From the IMG/VR virus record IMGVR_UViG_3300020048_000017, positions 115,179-179,178 of that record: DNA of 64,000 nt; one strand, given 5' to 3'. Source of the DNA: a virus. Positions 47,003 through 54,343 of this stretch are shown piece after piece. Each line of letters begins with the position of its first letter. Position 1 is the stretch's first letter. The position numbers and the translations under genes were made by a program. The notes below the pieces were generated by a model that saw only the letters and a program-made list of their open reading frames with translations, ran no database searches and was not told the origin of the DNA.

Positions 47003-47855
47003 GTATAAATACGGCTCCCCCGAATACCTGATAGAGGAGGCTAAAAAGGAGCTAGACAAAGCTCTAGTTCTAGTCTTAGCACACAAGCAGGAATTCGGAG
47101 AAGCGCAGCCTCTTGAAGACTTTAAAACTTCTCTGAGAAACTTGGAGTATTATTATTCTTACGGTTATTACCGCCCAACCTTCGATAAAGGTAATAAGGA
47201 TCATATAGAAAAAGCTTTCGAAAAAGCGAAAGCCGCCGCAGAAGAGGAGCTAAAATTTATCGAGGGAATTAAAGAAAGAAATGCCCCGAAAATTGAAGCC
47301 AACAAAAAGTTAAGAGAGAACATTTCTAAAATAATGACTCTCGCGGGAATCGGGGAAACTTTTTCAAAATGGGAAAAACCCCCTCGTAAAAAGAACTTCG
47401 AATCTGTAAAGTATTCGAGCGGATACACTCAGGACCTTCAAAGGGTAGCCCCAATAGTTTGTAATGCCGTTACTTGGACCGGAAGAGTTAAAGATATTCT
47501 TCAAGGTTATATAGACACTCGGAAAAAGCTTATAGCAGATATCGAAAAGGCGGAAAAAGAAAAGGCCTCTAAAGATACTGAGCTTCTTAAATTAGCGGCA
47601 GCTATTAATTTAGCCAAAGAATTTGGTATAGAATATAAAGACAATGACGAGCTTTTAGAAAAAGTAAACAGCGCAGCTCAAGTTAAATGGATCTCTGAGA
47701 ACTATCCATACGATACTCATTTAGAGGGAGGTTGTCAGGAATGTGAGTCTTGGAGCGTTGGCGATCCACGATGTGAGTGCGGCAACAGGAGAATTTATCT
47801 AGAGGTTGAAGGAGATTTTTTAACAGGCTACTCGGCTTATCCAGTAGCTTACTAA
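46992..47855 (+). CDS. Hypothetical protein with a C-terminal Cys cluster
   Basis: CQECESW...RCECGNRR. Confidence 0.7.
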   Translation: MTTKYKYGSPEYLIEEAKKELDKALVLVLAHKQEFGEAQPLEDFKTSLRNLEYYYSYGYYRPTFDKGNKDHIEKAFEKAKAAAEEELKFIEGIKERNAPKIEANKKLRENISKIMTLAGIGETFSKWEKPPRKKNFESVKYSSGYTQDLQRVAPIVCNAVTWTGRVKDILQGYIDTRKKLIADIEKAEKEKASKDTELLKLAAAINLAKEFGIEYKDNDELLEKVNSAAQVKWISENYPYDTHLEGGCQECESWSVGDPRCECGNRRIYLEVEGDFLTGYSAYPVAY

Positions 47856-47924
47856 TGGTGGGTGGCGAAATTGGTAAACGCTCTGGGGCACCAGACTTTG
47901 TAGGTTCGAATCCTACCCCGTCCA
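47856..47924 (+). tRNA. Truncated tRNA-like element (69 nt) with a 4-nt anticodon-arm loop
   Basis: Leu-type D arm GGCGAAATTGGTAAACGC, hairpin TCTGG-GGCA-CCAGA, canonical T arm GTAGG-TTCGAAT-CCTAC. Confidence 0.6.
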
Positions 47925-47933
47925 TATTTTAAT

Positions 47934-48359
47934 ATGATTGAATTAAAAACAAAAATTAACTCTTACTCCTGTCGAACAGAAGTTCACGACATATTCTGTA
48001 ATTGGAATAATTGGAGAACTCATGGGAACCCTCAGCAGAGGGTTGAATTTGAGTCTAAAAACGGACACAAGGCTTCGTTCGAATTTAATGGACACTTACC
48101 TTTGGAGGGTAGTCATGATACTACGTATTTTATTACAATAGAAACCGAAAAAGAAAGGGACAAAAGGTTGAACGAAGTTAAGGTCCAAACGATATCTATT
48201 TTTGGTTGTGCCCGTTGTGGAAAAACTCATAAGGACTTAGAAATCAAAAAACTTTCCAATTCAGACTTTTCTCACTGGGCTCAATGCCCTACTAACGGTG
48301 AACCCATTTTGGTTAAATTCGAAACGACAGAAGAAGAGATTTGCGACACGATCCCATGA
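47934..48359 (+). CDS. Hypothetical protein with a C-terminal Zn ribbon
   Basis: CARCGKTH...CPTNG. Confidence 0.6.
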   Translation: MIELKTKINSYSCRTEVHDIFCNWNNWRTHGNPQQRVEFESKNGHKASFEFNGHLPLEGSHDTTYFITIETEKERDKRLNEVKVQTISIFGCARCGKTHKDLEIKKLSNSDFSHWAQCPTNGEPILVKFETTEEEICDTIP

Positions 48360-48814
48360 GATATTTAGAAGCCCCAAATTATTTGCACGACCACCTTTAT
48401 AAGAGGAGTGTGTTTTTGGCAGGAAGTATTACCGGAGCGGTAAATTGGCAAAGAAATATGGCCAATTGGGTTTTGGAATGTACCGACTTACAAGTTTTCA
48501 ACCCTCGTCGAAAAAACTTTAACGTAGAGGACGATCTTGATCGCGAGCAAATAGCTTGGGAAGATTATCACTTAAATGTGGCAAATTTAATTATCTTCTG
48601 GTTTTCTAGCGAAACGGTAGCTCCGATAACTCTTTTCGAATTAGGTAAGCATATTAATAAAGATATCATTGTGGGCAGTCATTTAGATTACCCGAGACGA
48701 AATGATTTGGAAATTCAGTTAAATATCGCTCGCCCTGACCTTAAAATTGTATATTCGCCTTGCGATGTTCAAACAGAAATTTTTAATTGGAACGAGCGGC
48801 AAAAGTGGGGCTAA
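48356..48814 (+). CDS. Nucleoside 2-deoxyribosyltransferase-like protein
   Basis: SVFLAGSITG..NWQ, VFNPRR, EQIAWE, PITLFELG. Confidence 0.8.
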   Translation: MRYLEAPNYLHDHLYKRSVFLAGSITGAVNWQRNMANWVLECTDLQVFNPRRKNFNVEDDLDREQIAWEDYHLNVANLIIFWFSSETVAPITLFELGKHINKDIIVGSHLDYPRRNDLEIQLNIARPDLKIVYSPCDVQTEIFNWNERQKWG

Positions 48815-49134
48815 TGATAATTGAAATTCCAGACTTTGATGAAATCGTTAACGTCAGATTTTTAGAACCTGTCTCAGTTGAGATTTGGCCTCACGGGTCT
48901 GAGGTGGATTACTATTGGGACTTTGGGATGCGGGATTTTCTGGACGAAGATTGGTTTATGCTTAAAGACTACAAATCAACTAAAGATAAAGTTATTAGAA
49001 TGTGCCAGTTCGATATAGCTCACGCATTCGGGCATATAGAAGAAGACCCAAATTACACGCACAAACATTGGGCTTTAAAAGGGTGGCTTAAGGATAGATT
49101 GAAATTTTACGAACCTGAGGAAGATTTCTCTTGA
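48814..49134 (+). CDS. Hypothetical protein
   Basis: TAATG coupling to the upstream gene. Confidence 0.55.
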   Translation: MIIEIPDFDEIVNVRFLEPVSVEIWPHGSEVDYYWDFGMRDFLDEDWFMLKDYKSTKDKVIRMCQFDIAHAFGHIEEDPNYTHKHWALKGWLKDRLKFYEPEEDFS

Positions 49135-49158
49135 CAATTCCAAATTCTAGTGTATAAT
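49131..49158 (+). promoter_or_regulatory. Early promoter TTGACA-N16-TATAAT of the Tyr-Phe-Arg tRNA operon
   Basis: Consensus hexamers. Confidence 0.8.
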
Positions 49159-49163
49159 ACAGT

Positions 49164-49193
49164 ATGACTTTCGTCCGATATCGATTTAGCTAA
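49164..49193 (+). CDS. Leaderless leader peptide MTFVRYRFS
   Basis: ATG 5 nt after the -10 element; followed by a hairpin at 49193-49219. Confidence 0.45.
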   Translation: MTFVRYRFS

Positions 49194-49224
49194 CTCAAGC
49201 GGGAACTTCTCGCTTGAGTATTTC

Positions 49225-49314
49225 GCGAGATGTTCCTTTCTGCGGATTGTAACCCCGCTGTCTTTAAATAAGTAAGGAAGTTGACGAGGGGCGCGATACC
49301 TCCATCTTGCACCA
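49225..49314 (+). tRNA. Non-canonical tRNA-Tyr(GTA) lacking a D arm
   Basis: Acceptor GCGAGAT/ATCTTGC, A73, CCA; anticodon arm GCGGA-TTGTAAC-CCCGC; TTCCTT/AAGGAA long-range pairing. Confidence 0.7.
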
Positions 49315-49323
49315 AATTTCAAA

Positions 49324-49401
49324 GGCTTCTTGGTGTAGTAGGTTGTTGCACGCGGGACTGAAAATCCCGAGGCTGGGGTTCGATTCCCTGAGTGGCCACC
49401 A
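49324..49401 (+). tRNA. tRNA-Phe(GAA)
   Basis: Cloverleaf, CGGGA-CTGAAAA-TCCCG, encoded CCA. Confidence 0.9.
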
Positions 49402-49409
49402 TTTTAAAA

Positions 49410-49494
49410 GAGTCCCTAAGCCTACCTCCGCTACGAACGGAGTCTCTTTAAACTAGGGCAAGGAAGAGTGCCAGTTCAATTCTGGGGGGACTTA
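49410..49494 (+). tRNA. Non-canonical tRNA-Arg(ACG) lacking a D arm
   Basis: Acceptor GAGTCCC/GGGACTT; CTCCG-CTACGAA-CGGAG; T arm CCAG-TTCAATT-CTGG; CCTA/TAGG long-range pairing. Confidence 0.7.
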
Positions 49495-49500
49495 TTTTTT

Positions 49501-49836
49501 ATGTATTTTCAATTCAGATCAAATCTTAAAGCTGCGGGTTCTAGAGAGTGGAGTTTCTTACTTTCTAGTAATCCGCGTTTTTTGTATTGGGTGTTTATCG
49601 ATAAAAACTTGATAGTCCCGTTGAGATTGGAGGCAATGTCAACCCTTATAAAAAGAGGACTACTTCAAGATAAACATTTAAGCAGAGTTTTGCACGTTTT
49701 AAAAGACGAGGATTGGGATATCAGAAGGTGGGGCTTATTAATTCTTTTTAAGCTTGGTAAGTTTTCGGGGCAGCTATCGAAAGATTCCGATTGGAAAGTT
49801 CGAAAATTCTCAGAATATCTCTTGACAAAAGTCTGA
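49501..49836 (+). CDS. Helical (HEAT-like) hypothetical protein
   Basis: Repeated DEDWDIRRW / KDSDWKVRKF motifs. Confidence 0.5.
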   Translation: MYFQFRSNLKAAGSREWSFLLSSNPRFLYWVFIDKNLIVPLRLEAMSTLIKRGLLQDKHLSRVLHVLKDEDWDIRRWGLLILFKLGKFSGQLSKDSDWKVRKFSEYLLTKV

Positions 49837-49849
49837 ATAGTGCTATAAT
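49822..49849 (+). promoter_or_regulatory. Early promoter TTGACA-N16-TATAAT (leaderless)
   Basis: ATG at 49855, 5 nt after the -10 element. Confidence 0.8.
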
Positions 49850-49854
49850 GCGAC

Positions 49855-50145
49855 ATGAGATTCAAGACAAGGGCAGATTACGCAAATCCAGATACTCGCA
49901 GAATGTTAGCAGAATTTCTGTCAAATACTATTGAAGGCCGCGATCACCCCGAAGTTCCATATAAGCCCAACGATAACGACGATTATTACTGGACCTTAGA
50001 CTCAAATAACAACTGGAAAGTCAAATTCTACCACGAAGATCCATATAGTTTTGAGATCATTCACCGTTACCAAGGCGGGGCTAATAAATATGAGGAAGCT
50101 TTGGCTGGGTGGTTGGAATATAAACTTGGAGTTGAAAGAGTATGA
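49855..50145 (+). CDS. Hypothetical protein
   Basis: 96-aa ORF behind a promoter. Confidence 0.65.
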   Translation: MRFKTRADYANPDTRRMLAEFLSNTIEGRDHPEVPYKPNDNDDYYWTLDSNNNWKVKFYHEDPYSFEIIHRYQGGANKYEEALAGWLEYKLGVERV

Positions 50146-50900
50146 TTTTTGGATCAACAGCAATAAAACATTTCTATCCTGATTTCAGAAACCCTAAAGA
50201 TCTAGACGTAATGACTCAAGAGCCCCTGATGACAAGGGAGGAAGAACATTATTGGGTTCCAGAATATGAAGATTTAATCAAAGCTTCTAAAAACAAGGAG
50301 TTTCTAGATCCCGATCTAATCTTGACGCTGAAGGCTAGTCACGCAGGTTGGAATATTCATTGGCAAAAAACAATGTTTGATATTCTCTTTCTTAAAGGGA
50401 AAGGCTTAGAAATAAACGAACCATTGTATAATAAATTGACGAAAGCTTGGAGAAAGCTGCATGGTAAAAAATCAGCCCCACTAAAAGGCAAAACCGCTGA
50501 TGAGTTTTTTGACGATTATGTCCCAAGACAATATGTTCATGACGACATTCATAAAGTCGTGGCTTATTATGACGAACCTCTTTATTTTAGAATCCTCAAA
50601 TCCGAAGATTCGGTAGATTGCTCGGAAGAAAAGTTTAACGAATTATCTCTAGAAGATAGGGTCAAGCTTGCGAAAGAAGAGATCTTCGTTACCGCATTGG
50701 AAAGATGGATGATTCCAGACCCTTCGTATAGCGCAGGGAGAGCTTACCAAGCATCTCTTAAGAAATTCGTCACAACGATGAGTTCTGGCTGGATGACATA
50801 CTTTTTGATTGACAACTTTGGTTTGTTGTGTCATAATACTGAAAAATACGTGGAAAAATTTAAACAAAAAGAACATGAGTGCAGAAGAAGTGAAAATTGA
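50142..50900 (+). CDS. Phage protein with a nucleotidyltransferase-like GS...DLD motif
   Basis: IFGSTAIKHFYPDFRNPKDLDV; function is inference only. Confidence 0.5.
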   Translation: MIFGSTAIKHFYPDFRNPKDLDVMTQEPLMTREEEHYWVPEYEDLIKASKNKEFLDPDLILTLKASHAGWNIHWQKTMFDILFLKGKGLEINEPLYNKLTKAWRKLHGKKSAPLKGKTADEFFDDYVPRQYVHDDIHKVVAYYDEPLYFRILKSEDSVDCSEEKFNELSLEDRVKLAKEEIFVTALERWMIPDPSYSAGRAYQASLKKFVTTMSSGWMTYFLIDNFGLLCHNTEKYVEKFKQKEHECRRSEN

Positions 50901-51198
50901 AGGTTTCGAGCCGAATCTCGAAAATATGGAGAAAATGCTAACCCCTGATATAGACTATATGGCCAAAGAATTTAAATGGGGCAAGTCTTATGAAATTAAC
51001 GGTTGGCTTTTAGAAAACGTAGAAAATTATGGAGGAGAAGGTCAAGGCGATGACTACTGGGTTGTCGTCAAAGCATCTAAAGACGACCAAGTTTCTTATT
51101 GGAAATTTTACGGTTGGTATGCCTCTCACCAAGGGGGCGAGCTTGAAAGCGTGGTCGAAGTTAAACCTGTAGAAAAACTTGTAACTGTTTGGAAATGA
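50875..51198 (+). CDS. Hypothetical protein, related to the C-terminus of the next gene
   Basis: YWKFYGWYASHQGG vs YFKVEGYKNSYGG; both end EVKPVEK/SKVEKKV..I.VW. Confidence 0.6.
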   Translation: MSAEEVKIEGFEPNLENMEKMLTPDIDYMAKEFKWGKSYEINGWLLENVENYGGEGQGDDYWVVVKASKDDQVSYWKFYGWYASHQGGELESVVEVKPVEKLVTVWK

Positions 51199-51698
51199 CA
51201 AAGACTCAATATTTAAAATCAAAAGCTCTTGCGGGAGAGCTTGACGATCTAGCTAAAACCAAAGAAGTTAAAGACTATTTAGTAGCAAAGGCCGCTAAAG
51301 AACAATTGGATCGATTAAGCCCAAAAGACCTAATGGACCTTGGTGTTTTCAAACAACCAGCTTTTGCTGCTACCGAACAAAGAATAAAAGAACTTTTTGT
51401 AAATAAGTCGGCTAGGTTTTTAGATGTTTATGGAAGGGAATTCACTCCAGATTTATTGTTTGAATACAGTATGTGGCATTTCGGAGAAAACGTAGTAGAC
51501 GTTGTTGATATTTATCATTCAGAATCGTATTCCGAAGACGATACGGAAGCGTATGCGATTTTAAAAGTTTCTAATAAAAAAGATTCGCTCTATTTTAAAG
51601 TAGAAGGCTATAAAAATTCTTACGGAGGTTTTCGTATGAACAGCGTCTCGAAAGTCGAGAAGAAGGTCAAAAAAATCGAAGTGTGGGAAAAATCGTAA
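51195..51698 (+). CDS. Hypothetical protein
   Basis: ATGA-coupled ORF. Confidence 0.65.
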   Translation: MTKTQYLKSKALAGELDDLAKTKEVKDYLVAKAAKEQLDRLSPKDLMDLGVFKQPAFAATEQRIKELFVNKSARFLDVYGREFTPDLLFEYSMWHFGENVVDVVDIYHSESYSEDDTEAYAILKVSNKKDSLYFKVEGYKNSYGGFRMNSVSKVEKKVKKIEVWEKS

Positions 51699-51706
51699 AA
51701 AAGTCC

Positions 51707-51734
51707 TTGACATTCTTCAAAAATCGTGTATACT
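51707..51734 (+). promoter_or_regulatory. Early promoter TTGACA-N16-TATACT
   Basis: tRNA-Met starts 5 nt after the -10 element. Confidence 0.8.
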
Positions 51735-51739
51735 TTTCT

Positions 51740-51811
51740 TGCGGGGTGTAGCAGTGGTAGCTAAACTCCCTCATAAGGAGAAGGTCCCGAGTTCGATCCT
51801 CGGTCCCGCAA
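51740..51811 (+). tRNA. tRNA with CAT anticodon (Met; Ile2 not excluded)
   Basis: Cloverleaf with an initiator-like body but no three G-C pairs in the anticodon stem. Confidence 0.85.
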
Positions 51812-51830
51812 TAACTTTCAAAAACAAAAA

Positions 51831-51906
51831 TATCCGTAGGGGAGGAACATAATTTCCTTAGTAGCATTAGAGCTATCAAAACCGAGAATCACGGGCGCGG
51901 ATACCA
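51831..51906 (+). ncRNA. 76-nt CCA-ended tRNA-like RNA of unknown identity
   Basis: TATCCGT/GCGGATA closing stem, three internal hairpins, CCA and the array spacer ATTTAAA. Confidence 0.55.
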
Positions 51907-51918
51907 ATTTAAAAAAAA

Positions 51919-51992
51919 AGAGTGGTCGTCTAATAGTTAGGACTTCGGTAATAAGCCGAATAATCTAGGTGCAACTCCTAGTCACTCTGCCA
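51919..51992 (+). tRNA. Atypical tRNA with a 5-nt anticodon loop (AATAA)
   Basis: Intact acceptor, D and T stems, G73, CCA. Confidence 0.65.
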
Positions 51993-52000
51993 ATTTCAAA

Positions 52001-52120
52001 ATGCACCCTTACAAGCAATATACCTTCATTAAAGACGCTGGATGCTTGGTCGATTTCGACCGAGGCCAAGCCCTCTTTGACGCCTACCTTAAAGTTCGGT
52101 ATGGTCGAGAGCGATGGTGA
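52001..52120 (+). CDS. 39-aa ORF inside the tRNA array (or a structured RNA)
   Basis: MHPYKQYTFIKDAGCLVDFDRGQALFDAYLKVRYGRERW exactly fills the gap between tRNAs. Confidence 0.4.
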   Translation: MHPYKQYTFIKDAGCLVDFDRGQALFDAYLKVRYGRERW

Positions 52121-52128
52121 ATATTTTT

Positions 52129-52205
52129 GGGGTGGTCGTCTAAATGTTAGGACCCGTGGTCGTCAGGACTGCGTAATGGAGGTTAGAATCCTCCCTGCCC
52201 CGCCA
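52129..52205 (+). tRNA. Atypical tRNA-Asp(GTC)-like with a 9-nt anticodon loop
   Basis: Loop TCGTCAGGA, G73, CCA, T loop TTAGAAT. Confidence 0.65.
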
Positions 52206-52210
52206 ATTTA

Positions 52211-52285
52211 TGGGTAATCGTCTAAGTATGAGGACGCAGGGCATTTGGTCCTGAAATCTAGGATGCAAGGCCTAGTTACCCACCA
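52211..52285 (+). tRNA. Atypical tRNA (Gln-like acceptor U1-A72/G2-C71/G3-C70; loop CATTTGG)
   Basis: Cloverleaf with an 8-nt T loop ATGCAAGG; identity ambiguous (TTT or shifted TTG). Confidence 0.6.
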
Positions 52286-52291
52286 ATTTAA

Positions 52292-52367
52292 GGGGTATTG
52301 GTGTATGTAGTTAACACACGGGCCTTTCAAGCTCGCGAAACCGGAGCATATCCGGTATACCCTACCA
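52292..52367 (+). tRNA. tRNA-Glu(TTC)
   Basis: CGGGC-CTTTCAA-GCTCG; T loop AGCATAT; CCA. Confidence 0.82.
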
Positions 52368-52377
52368 ATTTCAAAAC

Positions 52378-52453
52378 ATCGGGTTAGTAATAACGGTAAA
52401 ACGCAGGTCTCCAAAACCTTGAGATCTCAGTTCGAGTCTGAGACCCCTTGCCA
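52378..52453 (+). tRNA. tRNA-Trp(CCA) with weakened acceptor and D stems
   Basis: AGGT-CTCCAAA-ACCT, canonical T arm, G73, CCA; two acceptor mismatches. Confidence 0.75.
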
Positions 52454-52460
52454 AATTTCT

Positions 52461-52489
52461 AGGGAGCGGAATTTTCCGCTCCCTTTTTG
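52461..52489 (+). terminator. Rho-independent terminator ending the tRNA array
   Basis: AGGGAGCGGA-ATTT-TCCGCTCCCT followed by a T run. Confidence 0.92.
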
Positions 52490-52517
52490 TTGACAACCTC
52501 GATAAATGTGGTAATGT
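52490..52517 (+). promoter_or_regulatory. Early promoter TTGACA-N16-TAATGT
   Basis: Immediately after the terminator. Confidence 0.65.
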
Positions 52518-52530
52518 GCTAAACAATTTT

Positions 52531-53049
52531 ATGACAATCAAAGAACTGATAAAAGACGAAGCGGCGCATCTAGATTTCGTCTGGTTTTTAATTGAGGCGA
52601 AAGATGGAGATATTTGGAAAAAAGAAGACCTTCCAAAACTAGAGCCGTTTTTTAAGTATTCGAAAGGCGACAGAAAAAGGTTAATGACCCCAGAAGAATC
52701 AGCCGCTTTCGATTTTTACGACAAGTGCTCTAAAGAATACGCTAACCTCAGAACCGAAGCACGCAACGCTTTAGGGGCTTTTGATATAGAACAAATCGCA
52801 GAATTTTTCGGCTTAGAGGAAATCGAAATGAATTGTTGGGACTATGACGAAGATGGGAACGATATTGACGAGGACGGAAATATCATTCCTCCGACTTCAA
52901 GAAAGACTATCAAGGTTGCTAAATGGTTTCTAGAAGAATATTCTTATCCATTAATTATTGTCGGGGCTATTGATTCCGGCTGGGATAGATCGGGAGATTT
53001 TAAAATGGCTTGTATCGATTTCGTTTGCCTGTCGGACTTTTCCGCTTGA
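52531..53049 (+). CDS. Acidic hypothetical protein
   Basis: ORF behind a promoter. Confidence 0.65.
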   Translation: MTIKELIKDEAAHLDFVWFLIEAKDGDIWKKEDLPKLEPFFKYSKGDRKRLMTPEESAAFDFYDKCSKEYANLRTEARNALGAFDIEQIAEFFGLEEIEMNCWDYDEDGNDIDEDGNIIPPTSRKTIKVAKWFLEEYSYPLIIVGAIDSGWDRSGDFKMACIDFVCLSDFSA

Positions 53050-53073
53050 CAAAAGCAATTCATCTGTTATAGT
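53046..53073 (+). promoter_or_regulatory. Early promoter TTGACA-N16-TATAGT (leaderless)
   Basis: ATG at 53080, 6 nt after the -10 element. Confidence 0.75.
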
Positions 53074-53079
53074 GTCGAG

Positions 53080-53601
53080 ATGATTAAAGAGATTCAAAAA
53101 CTAAAACGGTATCAGGAGCGAAAGAAAGTTCTTCTTGATTGTCATTGGTTAGACATGACTTTCGTCAACATTCTTTTCTTTAGCCCCCTTGTTTTCTTAG
53201 CTTGGATCTTAGGTGTCCCATATTGGTATTCGCTAGGAGGGTTGGTAATTTTCTCTTTAATCCTTTCTCTAATATTTTTCGCTCCTCTTCGTTTTCAAGA
53301 GGATTATGTGCTTGGGTTGCACGAAATGTGTAAGGACGATAGTAATTTCTATAGGTTGTTCGAAAGCTTGTCTAAAAATCTAAAAACAAACGAGTATATA
53401 GAATCCCTAGTTTCGTTAACTCTCAATTCCGCAGGCAGGGCTTATTTTAATAACAAAAAATTAGAAAATAGCTATGACCTAAACACGCCTTTAAGAGAAG
53501 ATATTCGGGAAACCCTAACCGCAGCAGCCGAAAAACTCTACGAGAGAAGAGAAAGTGGAGAGTATAAAGAAAATTTGGAACTATTAAAATTCAGTCTATG
53601 A
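53080..53601 (+). CDS. Membrane protein (two TM segments)
   Basis: Hydrophobic hairpin at residues ~25-70. Confidence 0.65.
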   Translation: MIKEIQKLKRYQERKKVLLDCHWLDMTFVNILFFSPLVFLAWILGVPYWYSLGGLVIFSLILSLIFFAPLRFQEDYVLGLHEMCKDDSNFYRLFESLSKNLKTNEYIESLVSLTLNSAGRAYFNNKKLENSYDLNTPLREDIRETLTAAAEKLYERRESGEYKENLELLKFSL

Positions 53602-54020
53602 TCGATTTTATTCAAAAACATTTCTGCCTTGGAATTATTATCAAATTGGTAGTCTTTCTCATATCTGGGGTTTACTTTTCTGTTACCGGACAGGAAAAAA
53701 TCTTAGGCGAAAAAGAAGTGGTTAGAGAGTTCGTAATAGAACCGATGTATGAAGAAAGTTCCTCTAAAAAGAAAATCGAGGACGCGGAAAGAGTGTCTCT
53801 TTTTGTCAAAAGGGAAGAAAGTTTTGAATACGTAGAACTTTCTCTTGATTCAGTAAGAATTCAGTGGGGCGAGGCTAAGTATGTTGAAATTGCCCAGATG
53901 TATAAACTCAAAGGTAAAATGAGAAAAGGCGACAATAGTAACTATTATACCCCGAGTAGCGTAGAAATAACAATTATCGTTCCTAAGGAAGAAATTAATA
54001 AATACCTTGTATTCAAATGA
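53598..54020 (+). CDS. Membrane-anchored hypothetical protein
   Basis: N-terminal TM segment; ATGA coupling. Confidence 0.6.
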   Translation: MIDFIQKHFCLGIIIKLVVFLISGVYFSVTGQEKILGEKEVVREFVIEPMYEESSSKKKIEDAERVSLFVKREESFEYVELSLDSVRIQWGEAKYVEIAQMYKLKGKMRKGDNSNYYTPSSVEITIIVPKEEINKYLVFK

Positions 54021-54343
54021 AAATTTACGTAAGTGATACAGAAATCGTAGAAAACACTAAGGAACAAATTCTTTCAGTGTTAGGGCTTTCTGACGAACAG
54101 CTAGGGGAGGCGACTGAAAAAATGTTCGCTTCAAGAGAAAGAATTTTAAATAGTTATATAAGCGATTATCGCATGAGCAGAATTAATATTTATGTCGATG
54201 ATAAATTAGTTGTGGGTTTTTCCGTCGAACTTCCAGATCGAGACGAAGAAAGTTTTGAGAAAGAGTTGGGAGAAGCTTTGATTAGCGGGGCTAATATGTT
54301 AACCGCCTCTAAAGTAAAAGGCTTTCCTATTGCAGACCTATGA
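54017..54343 (+). CDS. Hypothetical protein
   Basis: ATGA coupling. Confidence 0.6.
   Translation: MKIYVSDTEIVENTKEQILSVLGLSDEQLGEATEKMFASRERILNSYISDYRMSRINIYVDDKLVVGFSVELPDRDEESFEKELGEALISGANMLTASKVKGFPIADL

Noticed and set aside
47856-47924. Reading this element as half of a (permuted) tmRNA
   Set aside because: No tag reading frame or pseudoknot region lies nearby, and the D arm is Leu-type rather than tmRNA-like.
51831-51906. Reading this element as tRNA-Sec or as an ochre (TTA) suppressor
   Set aside because: It has no UCA anticodon, no long variable arm and no 8-bp acceptor; TTA is not centred in a 7-nt loop with U33.
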